Shown here: positions 8,267 through 16,535 of the stretch, piece by piece
Layout of the letters: every line of letters begins with the position of its first letter
Numbering within the stretch: the first letter of the stretch is position 1
Source: Mycoplasmatales bacterium
GTDB taxonomy: Bacteria > Bacillota_I > Bacilli_A > UBA3375
Assembly (NCBI GenBank): GCA_051649085.1
Contig: JBOFGK010000052.1
Location: 6,685-30,684 of the forward strand
Direction of reading: 5' to 3'
DNA: 24,000 nt
Notes under the pieces: generated by a model
Databases searched by the model: none
Seen by the model: the letters and a program-made list of their open reading frames with translations, nothing else
What the model was told of the DNA's origin: nothing
Position numbers and translations under genes: made by a program

Positions 8267-9364
8267 ATGAGTTTAACAGCAGGAATTGTTGGATTACCAA
8301 ACGTGGGAAAATCAACATTATTTAACGCGATTACTAAAAGTGAGATTGAAGCTGCAAATTATCCGTTTGCAACAATCGAACCAAATGTGGGAATTGTTGA
8401 AGTACCAGATGAAAGAATGATTGAAATTACTAAGTTAGTACAACCGCAAAAAGTAATTCCAACAACTATTGAATTTACCGATATTGCCGGTTTAGTAAAA
8501 GGGGCTTCAAAAGGTGAAGGATTAGGAAACCAATTCTTAGCAAACATTCGTGAAGTTGATGCAATTGTACAAGTTGTTCGATGTTTTGAAGATGATAACA
8601 TAATTCATGTTGAAGGAAATGTCAATCCACTTCGTGATATTGAAACGATTAATCTTGAATTAATTTGGTCGGATCTAGAGCAAGTTGAAAAAAGATTAGG
8701 TAGAATTGAGAGTAAATCAAGACACGATAAAGATTTAGCAGAAGAAGTAGTTGTACTTAAGAAAATTCAAGCAGTCTTTTTAGAAGAAAAACCTGCTCGT
8801 GTGTGTGAACTATCTAAAGAAGAAAAATTTGTAATTAAACATATGAATCTATTGACAATAAAGCCAGTGTTATATGTAGCAAATGTGTCAGAAGAAGATT
8901 TACTTGCTCCAACAGAAAATGCTCATTATAATGATGTTGTTGAATATGCCAATAATAATCAAGCAATGGTTACCTATATTTCAGCAAAAATTGAGGAAGA
9001 TCTTGTCGAATTAAGTGATGAAGAGAAAAAAGAATTTTTAAATGATTTAGGTGTTGAAGAAGCCGGTCTTGATCGTTTGATTAAGTTAACATATCAATTA
9101 CTTGAGCTGCAAACTTATTTTACAGCAGGTGTAAAAGAAGTTCGTGCTTGGACATTTATTAAGGGAATGACAGCACCTCAATGTGCAGGAATTATTCATA
9201 CAGATTTTGAACGTGGATTTATTCGTGCGGAAATAATGGCGTATGATGATTTAATTAAGCATGGTTCGGAAAAAGCAGTTAAAGAAGCCGGAAAACTTGG
9301 AAGTGAAGGAAAAGAATATATAATGCGAGATGGCGATATTGTCCACTTCTTATTTAATGTTTAA
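8267..9364 (+). CDS. ychF: Ribosome-binding / redox-regulated ATPase YchF
   Basis: The 365-aa ORF has an AGGAG SD. It shows the Obg-family P-loop GIVGLPNVGKSTLFNA, FATIEPNVG, DIAGLVKGAS.GEGLGN, and the C-terminal TGS-like YFTAG..EVRAWT and GDI.HF. Confidence 0.92.
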   Translation: MSLTAGIVGLPNVGKSTLFNAITKSEIEAANYPFATIEPNVGIVEVPDERMIEITKLVQPQKVIPTTIEFTDIAGLVKGASKGEGLGNQFLANIREVDAIVQVVRCFEDDNIIHVEGNVNPLRDIETINLELIWSDLEQVEKRLGRIESKSRHDKDLAEEVVVLKKIQAVFLEEKPARVCELSKEEKFVIKHMNLLTIKPVLYVANVSEEDLLAPTENAHYNDVVEYANNNQAMVTYISAKIEEDLVELSDEEKKEFLNDLGVEEAGLDRLIKLTYQLLELQTYFTAGVKEVRAWTFIKGMTAPQCAGIIHTDFERGFIRAEIMAYDDLIKHGSEKAVKEAGKLGSEGKEYIMRDGDIVHFLFNV

Positions 9365-9380
9365 TTAAAATAAAAAATTA

Positions 9381-9420
9381 AGTTACGAAACATGGATGCA
9401 TGTTTTCGTAACTTTTTTTA
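9381..9420 (+). terminator. Rho-independent terminator ending the murF-like..ychF operon
   Basis: The stem AGTTACGAAACATG (9381-9394) pairs with CATGTTTTCGTAACT (9398-9412), with one bulge. A T7 run follows. Confidence 0.75.
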
Positions 9421-9440
9421 TAAAACTTCTTCATACATTG

Positions 9441-9449
9441 TGATATAAT
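9441..9449 (+). promoter_or_regulatory. Candidate extended -10 promoter
   Basis: The sequence TGATATAAT matches TGnTATAAT. It would give a leader of about 185 nt before the SD+ATG at 9635. The -35 is weak. Confidence 0.3.
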
Positions 9450-9634
9450 GATTTAGTAATATAGTTTTTAAAGAAAGTATTGGATTGACTTTAAATCCAA
9501 ACAAGAAAGTTTTTTAAAATTGAAAAATTATGAAAAAGTATTTTACATTTTTGAAATAATTAAATGGAAATTTATTCGTTTTTCAGCAAATAAATCTTCA
9601 TATTTCATCGTGACTAAAAGTAAAGGAGTATTGT

Positions 9635-9781
9635 ATGAATAAAAAATCAGCGTTTATAGTGTTTGTGCTAATATCTATCCTATGTTATTTAATAACATCA
9701 AGATGGGAAGTTTTAGAATCAAGAACAATAACTTTAAGTTTGAACCTGGCTATGATTGGGTTAAACCTTTTGCATCAGTAA
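9635..9781 (+). CDS. Small ORF (48 aa) with a signal-anchor-like N-terminus; possibly the displaced 5' part of the following membrane-protein gene
   Basis: AAAGGAG (9622-9628) lies 6 nt before ATG 9635. The translation is MNKKSAFIVFVLISILCYLITSRWEVLESRTITLSLNLAMIGLNLLHQ*. It overlaps the 9682 ORF in a different frame. Confidence 0.3.
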   Translation: MNKKSAFIVFVLISILCYLITSRWEVLESRTITLSLNLAMIGLNLLHQ

Positions 9782-10065
9782 ATATGTTGATGTTTTGGGT
9801 TATCGAGTCGCTGATGGTCATAACCTTGGTTTTGTTTATAAGAAACAAAGAAAAATATCAACAAATGTATAAATATATTTGTTTTACAGCTATTGGTTTA
9901 TTCACACTATCAATCATAAGTGAGAGAATTGGAATTCTTATTTACAATTCAGAGACATTTAGTATTCCATATTTTGAACTTGGATATTATGTTATTGTAG
10001 TAATTAATGTTTACTTACTGTTTAGTGATAAGAAAATAACTAATCAAATCTTTAGTGATAAATAA
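9682..10065 (+). CDS. Hypothetical small integral membrane protein (about 3 TM helices)
   Basis: The ORF is 127 aa with hydrophobic segments MLMFWVIESLMVITLVLFI, ICFTAIGLFTLSII and YYVIVVINVYLLF. No SD precedes ATG 9682, so the true start is uncertain. I recognise no family. Confidence 0.45.
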   Translation: MLFNNIKMGSFRIKNNNFKFEPGYDWVKPFASVNMLMFWVIESLMVITLVLFIRNKEKYQQMYKYICFTAIGLFTLSIISERIGILIYNSETFSIPYFELGYYVIVVINVYLLFSDKKITNQIFSDK

Positions 10066-10122
10066 TGTAATCTAATCATGATGATTAAAAACGTTATTCC
10101 ATCTAAAAATCAAAAATAGAAA

Positions 10123-10180
10123 TAAAAAAAAGAATCAAATCCATAGATTCCTAATTGGAGTCTTAGATTTGATTCTTTAT
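10123..10180. terminator. Hairpin terminator between convergent genes (strong for nrdI on the - strand, weaker for the + strand)
   Basis: The outer stem is AGAATCAAATC (10131-10141) with GATTTGATTCT (10166-10176). The inner stem is AGATTCC with GGAGTCT (one G-U pair). The A8 run on the left is a T8 run after the stem on the - strand. The + strand has only a short T tail. Confidence 0.65.
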
Positions 10181-10256
10181 AAGTATGTGAAATTTTATGT
10201 TAAATATTTTTCATTAAACATGGAGTGTAAAAATTTAAAAAATAACAAGAATTCAC

Positions 10257-10607
10257 TTAGCTGTTTAGAAAATCAAGAATAATTTTTTCATCAGCTTCTG
10301 TACCTTCGTTTTCAAAAGTATGTAGTACAGGTACACTAAATTGGTCAGCGATTGTCTCTGCAGTTTTGCAATAGTCATCACCATATGATTTATCCCCACT
10401 TGCAACAACGGCTTTTAGATGACCAGAATTTTCTTCTAAAAAGTCTTCTAATTCGTATGGAATATCACCATAATCCATTGAATATGTGATTAGTAAAAAA
10501 TCTTCGTTGATTGTTTCGTTTCCATCTTCAACTTTTAAAGCATCAATGTTTAACCTTTCAACAAAGCTTTCAACATTACCTGTTTGAGTTGCATATACAA
10601 GTTTCAT
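10257..10607 (-). CDS. nrdI: Class Ib ribonucleotide reductase flavodoxin-like protein NrdI
   Basis: The 116-aa ORF has a GGAGG SD. NrdI-type motifs are present: YATQTGNVESFV, LLITYSMDYGDIP, AVVASGDKSYGDDYCKTAETIADQFSVPVLHTFENEGT. Confidence 0.85.
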   Translation of the reverse strand: MKLVYATQTGNVESFVERLNIDALKVEDGNETINEDFLLITYSMDYGDIPYELEDFLEENSGHLKAVVASGDKSYGDDYCKTAETIADQFSVPVLHTFENEGTEADEKIILDFLNS

Positions 10608-10642
10608 TTTTTCCTCCGTTTTAAATTTTTTTGTTCAAAAAT

Positions 10643-10672
10643 ATTATATCATATTAGGCAACAAAAATGTAA
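10643..10672 (-). promoter_or_regulatory. Candidate sigma-A type promoter for nrdI
   Basis: The - strand reads TTACAT (-35), an 18-nt spacer, then TGATATAAT (extended -10). This lies about 35 nt upstream of the nrdI SD. Confidence 0.45.
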
Positions 10673-10687
10673 GATATGCTTACTAGA

Positions 10688-11383
10688 TTATAAATTTTCT
10701 AAATAGTCAAGATCAGTTCGGATTGCCCCAACTTTCCAGTCGTTGTTCTCATCAATGATTAACTCACGACAATACTCACATTTAATTGTTTGGAAAATTT
10801 GAACAGGAGCATCACAATTCGGACAACGATCACTAAAAGCGACGTTTGCAGTTGCGTTTCCATCTTTAATAAGCAATAAATCAATTTTAAAACTTGTATT
10901 TGACAGTTCAGGTTTTTCACTGAATGTTTCATCAATTCCAAAGTAAGTGTCAGCGACTAAATCGATTGTGTAAGCTTGAACAATATGAGCATTTTCCACA
11001 TAGGTGTTTAGTAAAGTAAATTTTGTTAGTTTTGGTTTATAAAATATAACTTTTTGTTTAGTTTCTTTTAAATGATTAATTTTTTCTTCACCTTTGGCAG
11101 TAACCGAATCAATAAAACCATTTGTCAGTTTAGAAACACTTTTTTGTTCGATTGCTTCTAAATAACGATAGACTAATAATCTTGCTTGAACCGCAATCTT
11201 TTTTTGTTCATCTGGTGATAAGTTGTTACGCTCTAAAATTTCAGCTGCAAGTTTTGAATCAATCTCTTCTTGGCGTTTTTGTCTTGCTTTTTCAAGTGAT
11301 GTTTGGATAAGTAGTATTATTGCAACTAAAACTAATCCAATAATAAAAATAGTGAAAAACATCATTCCATACATTCCGTACAT
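10688..11383 (-). CDS. Hypothetical membrane-anchored protein with a C-terminal CxxC..CxxC zinc ribbon
   Basis: The 231-aa ORF has a GGAGG SD 4 nt from the ATG. It has an N-terminal TM helix (FFTIFIIGLVLVAIILLI) followed by a charged helical segment. Near the C-terminus it has CPNC-x11-CEYC (Cys187/190/202/205). I recognise no confident family. Confidence 0.7.
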   Translation of the reverse strand: MYGMYGMMFFTIFIIGLVLVAIILLIQTSLEKARQKRQEEIDSKLAAEILERNNLSPDEQKKIAVQARLLVYRYLEAIEQKSVSKLTNGFIDSVTAKGEEKINHLKETKQKVIFYKPKLTKFTLLNTYVENAHIVQAYTIDLVADTYFGIDETFSEKPELSNTSFKIDLLLIKDGNATANVAFSDRCPNCDAPVQIFQTIKCEYCRELIIDENNDWKVGAIRTDLDYLENL

Positions 11384-11409
11384 TATTCCTCCTTGTTTCC
11401 TCTTTAAAA

Positions 11410-11418
11410 ATTATACCA
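11410..11418 (-). promoter_or_regulatory. Candidate extended -10 promoter for the zinc-ribbon membrane protein gene
   Basis: The - strand reads TGGTATAAT, about 20 nt upstream of the SD. The -35 is weak. Confidence 0.35.
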
Positions 11419-11581
11419 TGTAACAATTCTAGATGTTTGAAAAGTAGTGATTATTTGCAAAATTAAGAAGAAAATTAACTTCTAATTTAGTTTGGAGAAA
11501 AGTTTAAAGTAATCACTATATGTTATGAAGTTTTCTTTGAAAATAGAAGTGCTTATTTATTACTAATCATTTTACATATTT

Positions 11582-11612
11582 TTGAATAATTATCCAATAA
11601 ATATGGTAAAAT
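11582..11612 (+). promoter_or_regulatory. Candidate promoter for the trx-asp23-fakA-recG operon
   Basis: TTGAAT (11582-11587) is followed by a 19-nt spacer and then TGGTAAAAT (11604-11612, extended -10). This is about 35 nt upstream of the AAGGAG SD of the 11657 gene. Confidence 0.4.
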
Positions 11613-11656
11613 ATTAAAGAAGTTAAATTTTAGCACACTTTATATAAGGAGTAAAA

Positions 11657-11959
11657 ATGCAAAATTATACAGCAGAAATAGATTTAAATCAAGGGAACAT
11701 AATTTTAATGTTCTCAGGAGCATGGTGTGGTGATTGCATTGTTGTCTCAATGTTCATTGATCAAGTTGTAGAGCAACACCCAGAATATACATTTTATAAA
11801 GTAGATCGAGATGAGCACATGGAACTTGCAACACAATATAACATCTTTGGAATCCCATCGTTTGTTGCGTTAGAAAATGGTCAACTTATTGGTGACTTTA
11901 TAAGTAGAGATGCAAAAACAAAAGATGAAATAGAAAACTGGATAAAGAATCTAAAATAA
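11657..11959 (+). CDS. Thioredoxin-family protein (WCGDC active site)
   Basis: The ORF is 100 aa. It has the CxxC motif in FSGAWCGDC and a cis-Pro region FGIPSF typical of the thioredoxin fold. Confidence 0.8.
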   Translation: MQNYTAEIDLNQGNIILMFSGAWCGDCIVVSMFIDQVVEQHPEYTFYKVDRDEHMELATQYNIFGIPSFVALENGQLIGDFISRDAKTKDEIENWIKNLK

Positions 11960-11973
11960 ATGGAGGACTAAAA

Positions 11974-12321
11974 ATGGAAATAATCATTAAAGGTGAAGAA
12001 GGTAACATCATTATTGACACTAAAGAAGTTGAATTGTTTATTGCAGAGCAACTAAAAATGATTCCAGGAATTTTACGAGTAAGTGAAAAAAATGTGAAAA
12101 GTATTATTAAAGGTATTTTTTCGAATGAGCACACGAAAGGAATTGAGGTTGATTTTCTGCAAAACGAAGAACTTGGAGTCAAATGCTACATTGTCATCTC
12201 AGCACAAGTGAATTTTGCACAAGTTACACAATCGATTCAAGAAATTGTCAGATACTCAATCAGAAAAAAATATGGAATTAAAGTGAATTATATTGATGTG
12301 TTTGTGAAAGGGATGGAATAA
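11974..12321 (+). CDS. Asp23/Gls24 family envelope stress (alkaline shock) protein, YloU-like
   Basis: The 115-aa ORF has a GGAGG SD. Its size, composition and position immediately upstream of the DAK2/yloV gene match the conserved yloU-yloV-recG arrangement of Bacillota. The motif-level match is modest. Confidence 0.7.
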   Translation: MEIIIKGEEGNIIIDTKEVELFIAEQLKMIPGILRVSEKNVKSIIKGIFSNEHTKGIEVDFLQNEELGVKCYIVISAQVNFAQVTQSIQEIVRYSIRKKYGIKVNYIDVFVKGME

Positions 12322-12322
12322 A

Positions 12323-13930
12323 ATGAATAAATTAACAGCCAAAAAATATCGTGAGATGCTATTATATGGTGGTGAAATCCTTGCGCAAAAAAAAGAGGAA
12401 ATCAATGCACTGAATGTTTTTCCGGTACCAGATGGTGATACAGGAAGCAACATGAATATGACAATTCAATCAGGAAGTCAAAGCCTACTTGGTTTGAAAA
12501 CAGATAGTATGGAAGAATTGGCAAAAGCTTATTCAAAAGGTTTACTTATGGGAGCGCGTGGAAATTCAGGAGTAATTCTGTCACAATTTTTCCGTGGAAT
12601 TTCTGAAGGTTGTGAAGGACGTGAAGAATTAACAGCAAAAGAATTTCATAAAGCAGTTGGAAAAGGGGTTAAGCGTGCATATGCGTCAGTAATTAAAGCT
12701 GTTGAAGGAACTATTTTGACAGTAGCACGTGAAATGCATGAAAATGTTCATCCAAAAGCTGATGACTCAATTGTTGACTATTTCGAGCAGCTAATTGAAG
12801 CCGCTAATGAATCATTAGATGATACGCCAAATAAATTAGCAGTTTTAAAAGAAGTTGGAGTAGTTGATAGTGGTGGAAAAGGGTTAGTAACAATTTTTGA
12901 AGGAATGCTTGCTAACTTGAAAGGTGAAACAATCGAGTATGAACTAGATGAATCATTTGAAAATTTCCGTAAAACAGAAGAGCATCCAATGGATTTAGAA
13001 GATATTACATTTGGTTATTGTACGGAAATGTTAATTCAATTGGATAACTTTGAAGAAGTTGATGTACATGTTGTTCGTGAAAAATTAGAAACATTTGGTG
13101 ATTCAATTGTTTGTATTCAAGATGACGAAATATTAAAGGTGCATGTTCATACAGAAGATCCAAATGCAGTTTTTGCGTATGGGCGTGAGTTAGGTGACTT
13201 TATTCACTTAAAAAGTGAAAATATGCGAATTCAAGTAATAAATGCTCAAGGTGGAGTTGAACAAGTACAAAAAGAACAAGCAATTGTTGCAGTCGCTTCT
13301 TCAAAAGAAATGGCAGAACTATTTAAAGAAATTAGTGAAGTAACAATTATTGAAGGTGGACAAACGTTAAACCCTTCAACAGAAGAAATTGTAAAAGCTG
13401 TAAAAAAGGCTAATGCGAAAAATGTAATTGTTCTACCAAATAATTCAAATATTATTATGGCAGCACAATCTGCAACAGAGCTTTGTGATGATGTAAATGT
13501 AGAAATAATTCCAACAAAACACATGACGCAAGCAGTGGAATGTTTAACATTCTTCAATCCAAATGAGAGTTTTGAAACAAATGTTAAATCATTAACGGAA
13601 GTTAAAGATAACGTTGAAAATATAGAAATCACAACGGCAATTAAAGATACATCAATTGAAGGTGTAGAAATCAAACAAAATGACTTATTAGCAATTGTTA
13701 ATGGGAAAATCAAATATTCAACAAAATCAATTTCAAAATTATTTAAACAATTAGCAACAGATTTAACAGAAGCGGATGTTGAAGTAATTATTGTCCTTAA
13801 AGGTCAGAATGCTGATCAAGCGAAAATTGATGAGTTTATTGTAGAAGTTGAAAAAGTTTCTCCATTTACAGAAGTTAATGTTTATGAAACAAATCAACCA
13901 GTTTATCCATATCTGATTGCAGGAGTTTAA
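12323..13930 (+). CDS. fakA: DAK2 domain protein, fatty acid kinase ATP-binding subunit FakA/YloV-like
   Basis: The ORF is 535 aa. It has the DAK2 signature NVFPVPDGDTGSNM, plus GARGNSGVILSQ and VVDSGGKGL. It sits upstream of recG, as in Bacillota. Confidence 0.85.
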   Translation: MNKLTAKKYREMLLYGGEILAQKKEEINALNVFPVPDGDTGSNMNMTIQSGSQSLLGLKTDSMEELAKAYSKGLLMGARGNSGVILSQFFRGISEGCEGREELTAKEFHKAVGKGVKRAYASVIKAVEGTILTVAREMHENVHPKADDSIVDYFEQLIEAANESLDDTPNKLAVLKEVGVVDSGGKGLVTIFEGMLANLKGETIEYELDESFENFRKTEEHPMDLEDITFGYCTEMLIQLDNFEEVDVHVVREKLETFGDSIVCIQDDEILKVHVHTEDPNAVFAYGRELGDFIHLKSENMRIQVINAQGGVEQVQKEQAIVAVASSKEMAELFKEISEVTIIEGGQTLNPSTEEIVKAVKKANAKNVIVLPNNSNIIMAAQSATELCDDVNVEIIPTKHMTQAVECLTFFNPNESFETNVKSLTEVKDNVENIEITTAIKDTSIEGVEIKQNDLLAIVNGKIKYSTKSISKLFKQLATDLTEADVEVIIVLKGQNADQAKIDEFIVEVEKVSPFTEVNVYETNQPVYPYLIAGV

Positions 13931-13931
13931 G

Positions 13932-15818
13932 ATGAATTTAAGTGATGTTCCGGGGATTGGACCCAAAACGTTACCGAAATTATATAAAAAAGAAATAGCA
14001 AGTACTGAAGACTTAATTTGGTACTTGCCTATTTCATATCAAAAATATGAAGAACAATATTTTGAAGATAAACAAAAATTAAAAATTCAAGGTGTAATTG
14101 CAACTAAAATCACTAACTTTAGAACTAAAACGAATAAAATTATTACTAATTTTTCGGTTGTTTGTAATGGGAATTTTCTAAATGTTATTGCTTTTAATAA
14201 CAAATTTCTTGATAAACAAATTGCAAAAGGTGATCACGTACAAATTTTAGGAACTTGGTCGGAGTCAAGGCAACAAATTACACTTACAAAAGCGATTAAA
14301 ATTGCTAATTCTTGGGAAGAAGATCAAGGAGCAACGATTATTCCAATTTATTCAAAGATTACTGGAATTACTAACAGTAATATTTGCAAATATGCATTAT
14401 CGGCACTTAAATATTCAAAGCTAGATACAGCACTTAAAACAGCACTTGAAAATGTACATTCTCCAACTTCATTTGAGGATTTAAATAATGCGTTAGAAAG
14501 CTTAAAATATTTTGAATTTGAACAGTATTATTTAAAAATGAAAAATGCTCAAACACTTGAAGCAAATCCTAATTTTTGTAAAAAGGTTAATCGCAAATTA
14601 GTTGCAGAATTAACTGAGTTATTACCTTTTAAACTAACAAATGATCAAAAAGAAGTAATCGAAAAATGTTGTCAAACATTTGAAAGTGATCAACTTGCAA
14701 ATGCAATTATTTGTGGGGATGTTGGAAGTGGAAAAACAATTGTAGCAATTATGTTAATTGCAGCCCTTTGGAAAACTGAATTTCAAATGGCAATTATGGC
14801 ACCAACTGAAGTGTTGGCAAATCAAATAATGCAAGTGGCAATTACACTTTTACCTGCTGAAGATGTGGGATATTTAGTTGGTAGCACAAGTAAGCGTGAA
14901 AAAGATAAGTTAAAAAAAGCACTAGTAACCAACAAATTGAAACTTGTTATTGGAACACATGCGTTAATTTATGATGATGTAATTTTTCACAAGTTAGGAC
15001 TAGTAATAATCGATGAACAACATCGCTTTGGAGTCGAACAGCGACGGGATTTAGTGAAAAAAGGTGAAATGGTTGAATATGTTTCATTAAGTGCAACACC
15101 AATTCCAAGAACTCTTGCCAAAGGTTTATATCAAGGATGTGATATTTTACAAATTGCTCAAAAGCCATTGGAAAGAAAAGTAATTGAGACAATGATTGTG
15201 AATAAAAATACAAGTAAAAAGATATATGCGGAAATTGAACGAACAATTTCGAACAATGAACAAGTTTTTGTCGTTGCACCAATGATTGAAGAGGGTGAAA
15301 TAGATAATGTTGCATCAGTTGAACTAATGTACGAACGTCTCTGCAAATATTATCCGAACTACAAAATAGGATTATTACACGGTAGTTTAAAAGCACGTGA
15401 AAAAATGCAAGTTCTAACTGATTTTGCTCAAAAAAAAATCCAAATTCTTGTTTCAACAACAGTAATTGAGGTAGGAATTGATATTCCAAATGCAACTTTG
15501 ATGGTAATTGTTAATGCAGAACGTTTTGGTTTAGCACAATTACATCAATTACGTGGTCGTGTCGGACGAAGTAACTTAGTTTCCAAGTGTATTTTATACA
15601 ATTGTTCAGAGCATGAAAAAAGTACCACTAGACTTAATATGTTAATCAAATATCATGATGGAGTCTTATTAGCTCAAGAGGATTTGAAGTTGAGAGGTCC
15701 AGGTGACTTTTTTGGCGTTCGTCAATCAGGTAACCCTGATTTTAAAGTTTTTGATCCACAAGCTGATATGCATATTGCCGATAAGGTTATTGAGAAATTT
15801 GAAAAGGGAGCGATTTAA
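13932..15818 (+). CDS. recG: ATP-dependent DNA helicase RecG
   Basis: I prefer ATG 13932 as the start because AGGAG at 13921-13925 lies 6 nt upstream, and the N-terminus MNLSDVPGIGPKT...DLIWYLP matches RecG. The ORF-track start 13917 lacks an SD. Helicase motifs are present: GDVGSGKT, IIDEQHRFGV, LSATPIPRT, VSTTVIEVGIDIPNA, QLRGRVGR. Confidence 0.9.
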   Translation: MNLSDVPGIGPKTLPKLYKKEIASTEDLIWYLPISYQKYEEQYFEDKQKLKIQGVIATKITNFRTKTNKIITNFSVVCNGNFLNVIAFNNKFLDKQIAKGDHVQILGTWSESRQQITLTKAIKIANSWEEDQGATIIPIYSKITGITNSNICKYALSALKYSKLDTALKTALENVHSPTSFEDLNNALESLKYFEFEQYYLKMKNAQTLEANPNFCKKVNRKLVAELTELLPFKLTNDQKEVIEKCCQTFESDQLANAIICGDVGSGKTIVAIMLIAALWKTEFQMAIMAPTEVLANQIMQVAITLLPAEDVGYLVGSTSKREKDKLKKALVTNKLKLVIGTHALIYDDVIFHKLGLVIIDEQHRFGVEQRRDLVKKGEMVEYVSLSATPIPRTLAKGLYQGCDILQIAQKPLERKVIETMIVNKNTSKKIYAEIERTISNNEQVFVVAPMIEEGEIDNVASVELMYERLCKYYPNYKIGLLHGSLKAREKMQVLTDFAQKKIQILVSTTVIEVGIDIPNATLMVIVNAERFGLAQLHQLRGRVGRSNLVSKCILYNCSEHEKSTTRLNMLIKYHDGVLLAQEDLKLRGPGDFFGVRQSGNPDFKVFDPQADMHIADKVIEKFEKGAI

Positions 15819-16535
15819 ATGGAAAAAATCATCATTATCATTGTACTATTAATTATTTTTGTTATAATGGAAGCGATTGGGCGAAAAATAGGTAAACGAC
15901 TTAAATTTGCAACAGATAATCAAATTAATTTTATAAAAAGTAGTTTATGCGAAAATGTAGATGAACAAGCACTTAAAGAAATTGATTTAGATTTTAATTA
16001 TCCTGTTCTCGGCTTGACAAAGCATAAATTTTCGATTGTAAATGTGAAAAATACTTTGAACGACTATGACTTTCAATTGTATTTAATTGATGAGACTACA
16101 AAATGGACTTATTCATTTGACTTTGAAGATGACGAACTTGAAAAACTAGAAAGCTATAATGGAGAAAATATTCCAGTTTTTGCTGATTATTCGCAAGAAA
16201 ACTATTTACCGATTGGTAGCTGCCTTGAATATTTTTTCGAATCAGATAAACTTAATAAACTAACGGTCGAAGTAATTGGTTATACAGGTGTGAATGGAAG
16301 TTATACAAATGTTTTGGAAAACACAAAGGAATTTTCACAAAGTTTTTCTCCAGAATTAATTACTCTCCATGAGTTATTTGAAAGTCAAATACCAATTGCT
16401 GAAAAAATGAAATGGGACTTAAATTCTATGTATGTTGTTGACATAGGTTACGAAAAGCAAATAGAAGTAATTATTGAAGAATTTCAAACCAAATGCAAAG
16501 AACAAATAACTTGTGACGAAATAACAACGAGCTAA
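15819..16535 (+). CDS. Hypothetical acidic protein with an N-terminal membrane anchor
   Basis: The ORF is 238 aa. Its ATG directly abuts the recG stop (TAAATG). It has an N-terminal TM helix (IIIIIVLLIIFVIMEAI), and the rest is acidic and soluble. I recognise no family. Confidence 0.6.
   Translation: MEKIIIIIVLLIIFVIMEAIGRKIGKRLKFATDNQINFIKSSLCENVDEQALKEIDLDFNYPVLGLTKHKFSIVNVKNTLNDYDFQLYLIDETTKWTYSFDFEDDELEKLESYNGENIPVFADYSQENYLPIGSCLEYFFESDKLNKLTVEVIGYTGVNGSYTNVLENTKEFSQSFSPELITLHELFESQIPIAEKMKWDLNSMYVVDIGYEKQIEVIIEEFQTKCKEQITCDEITTS

Noticed and set aside
9530-9593. Two 9-codon mini-ORFs (MKKYFTFLK at 9530..9559 and MEIYSFFSK at 9564..9593), considered as possible Phe/Tyr-rich leader peptides.
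   Set aside because: They have no SD. TTT, TAT and AAA codons are expected by composition in AT-rich spacer, and no terminator/antiterminator pair is evident.
9682-9781. Programmed ribosomal frameshift joining the 9635 ORF to the 9682 ORF.
   Set aside because: I found no X XXY YYZ slippery heptamer in the zero frame within the overlap, and no obvious downstream stimulatory structure. An indel or two separate ORFs is more parsimonious.
11445-11518. A 9-bp inverted repeat, TAGTGATTA (11445-11453) with TAATCACTA (11510-11518), in the divergent promoter region. I considered it as an operator or structured RNA.
   Set aside because: The 56-nt spacing and short arm length are within chance expectation for an AT-rich intergenic region of about 270 nt. 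There is no supporting second copy.
13917-13931. The ORF-track start for recG at 13917 (MQEFK...).
   Set aside because: It has no SD and overlaps the fakA end. ATG 13932 has AGGAG 6 nt upstream and gives the canonical RecG N-terminus.
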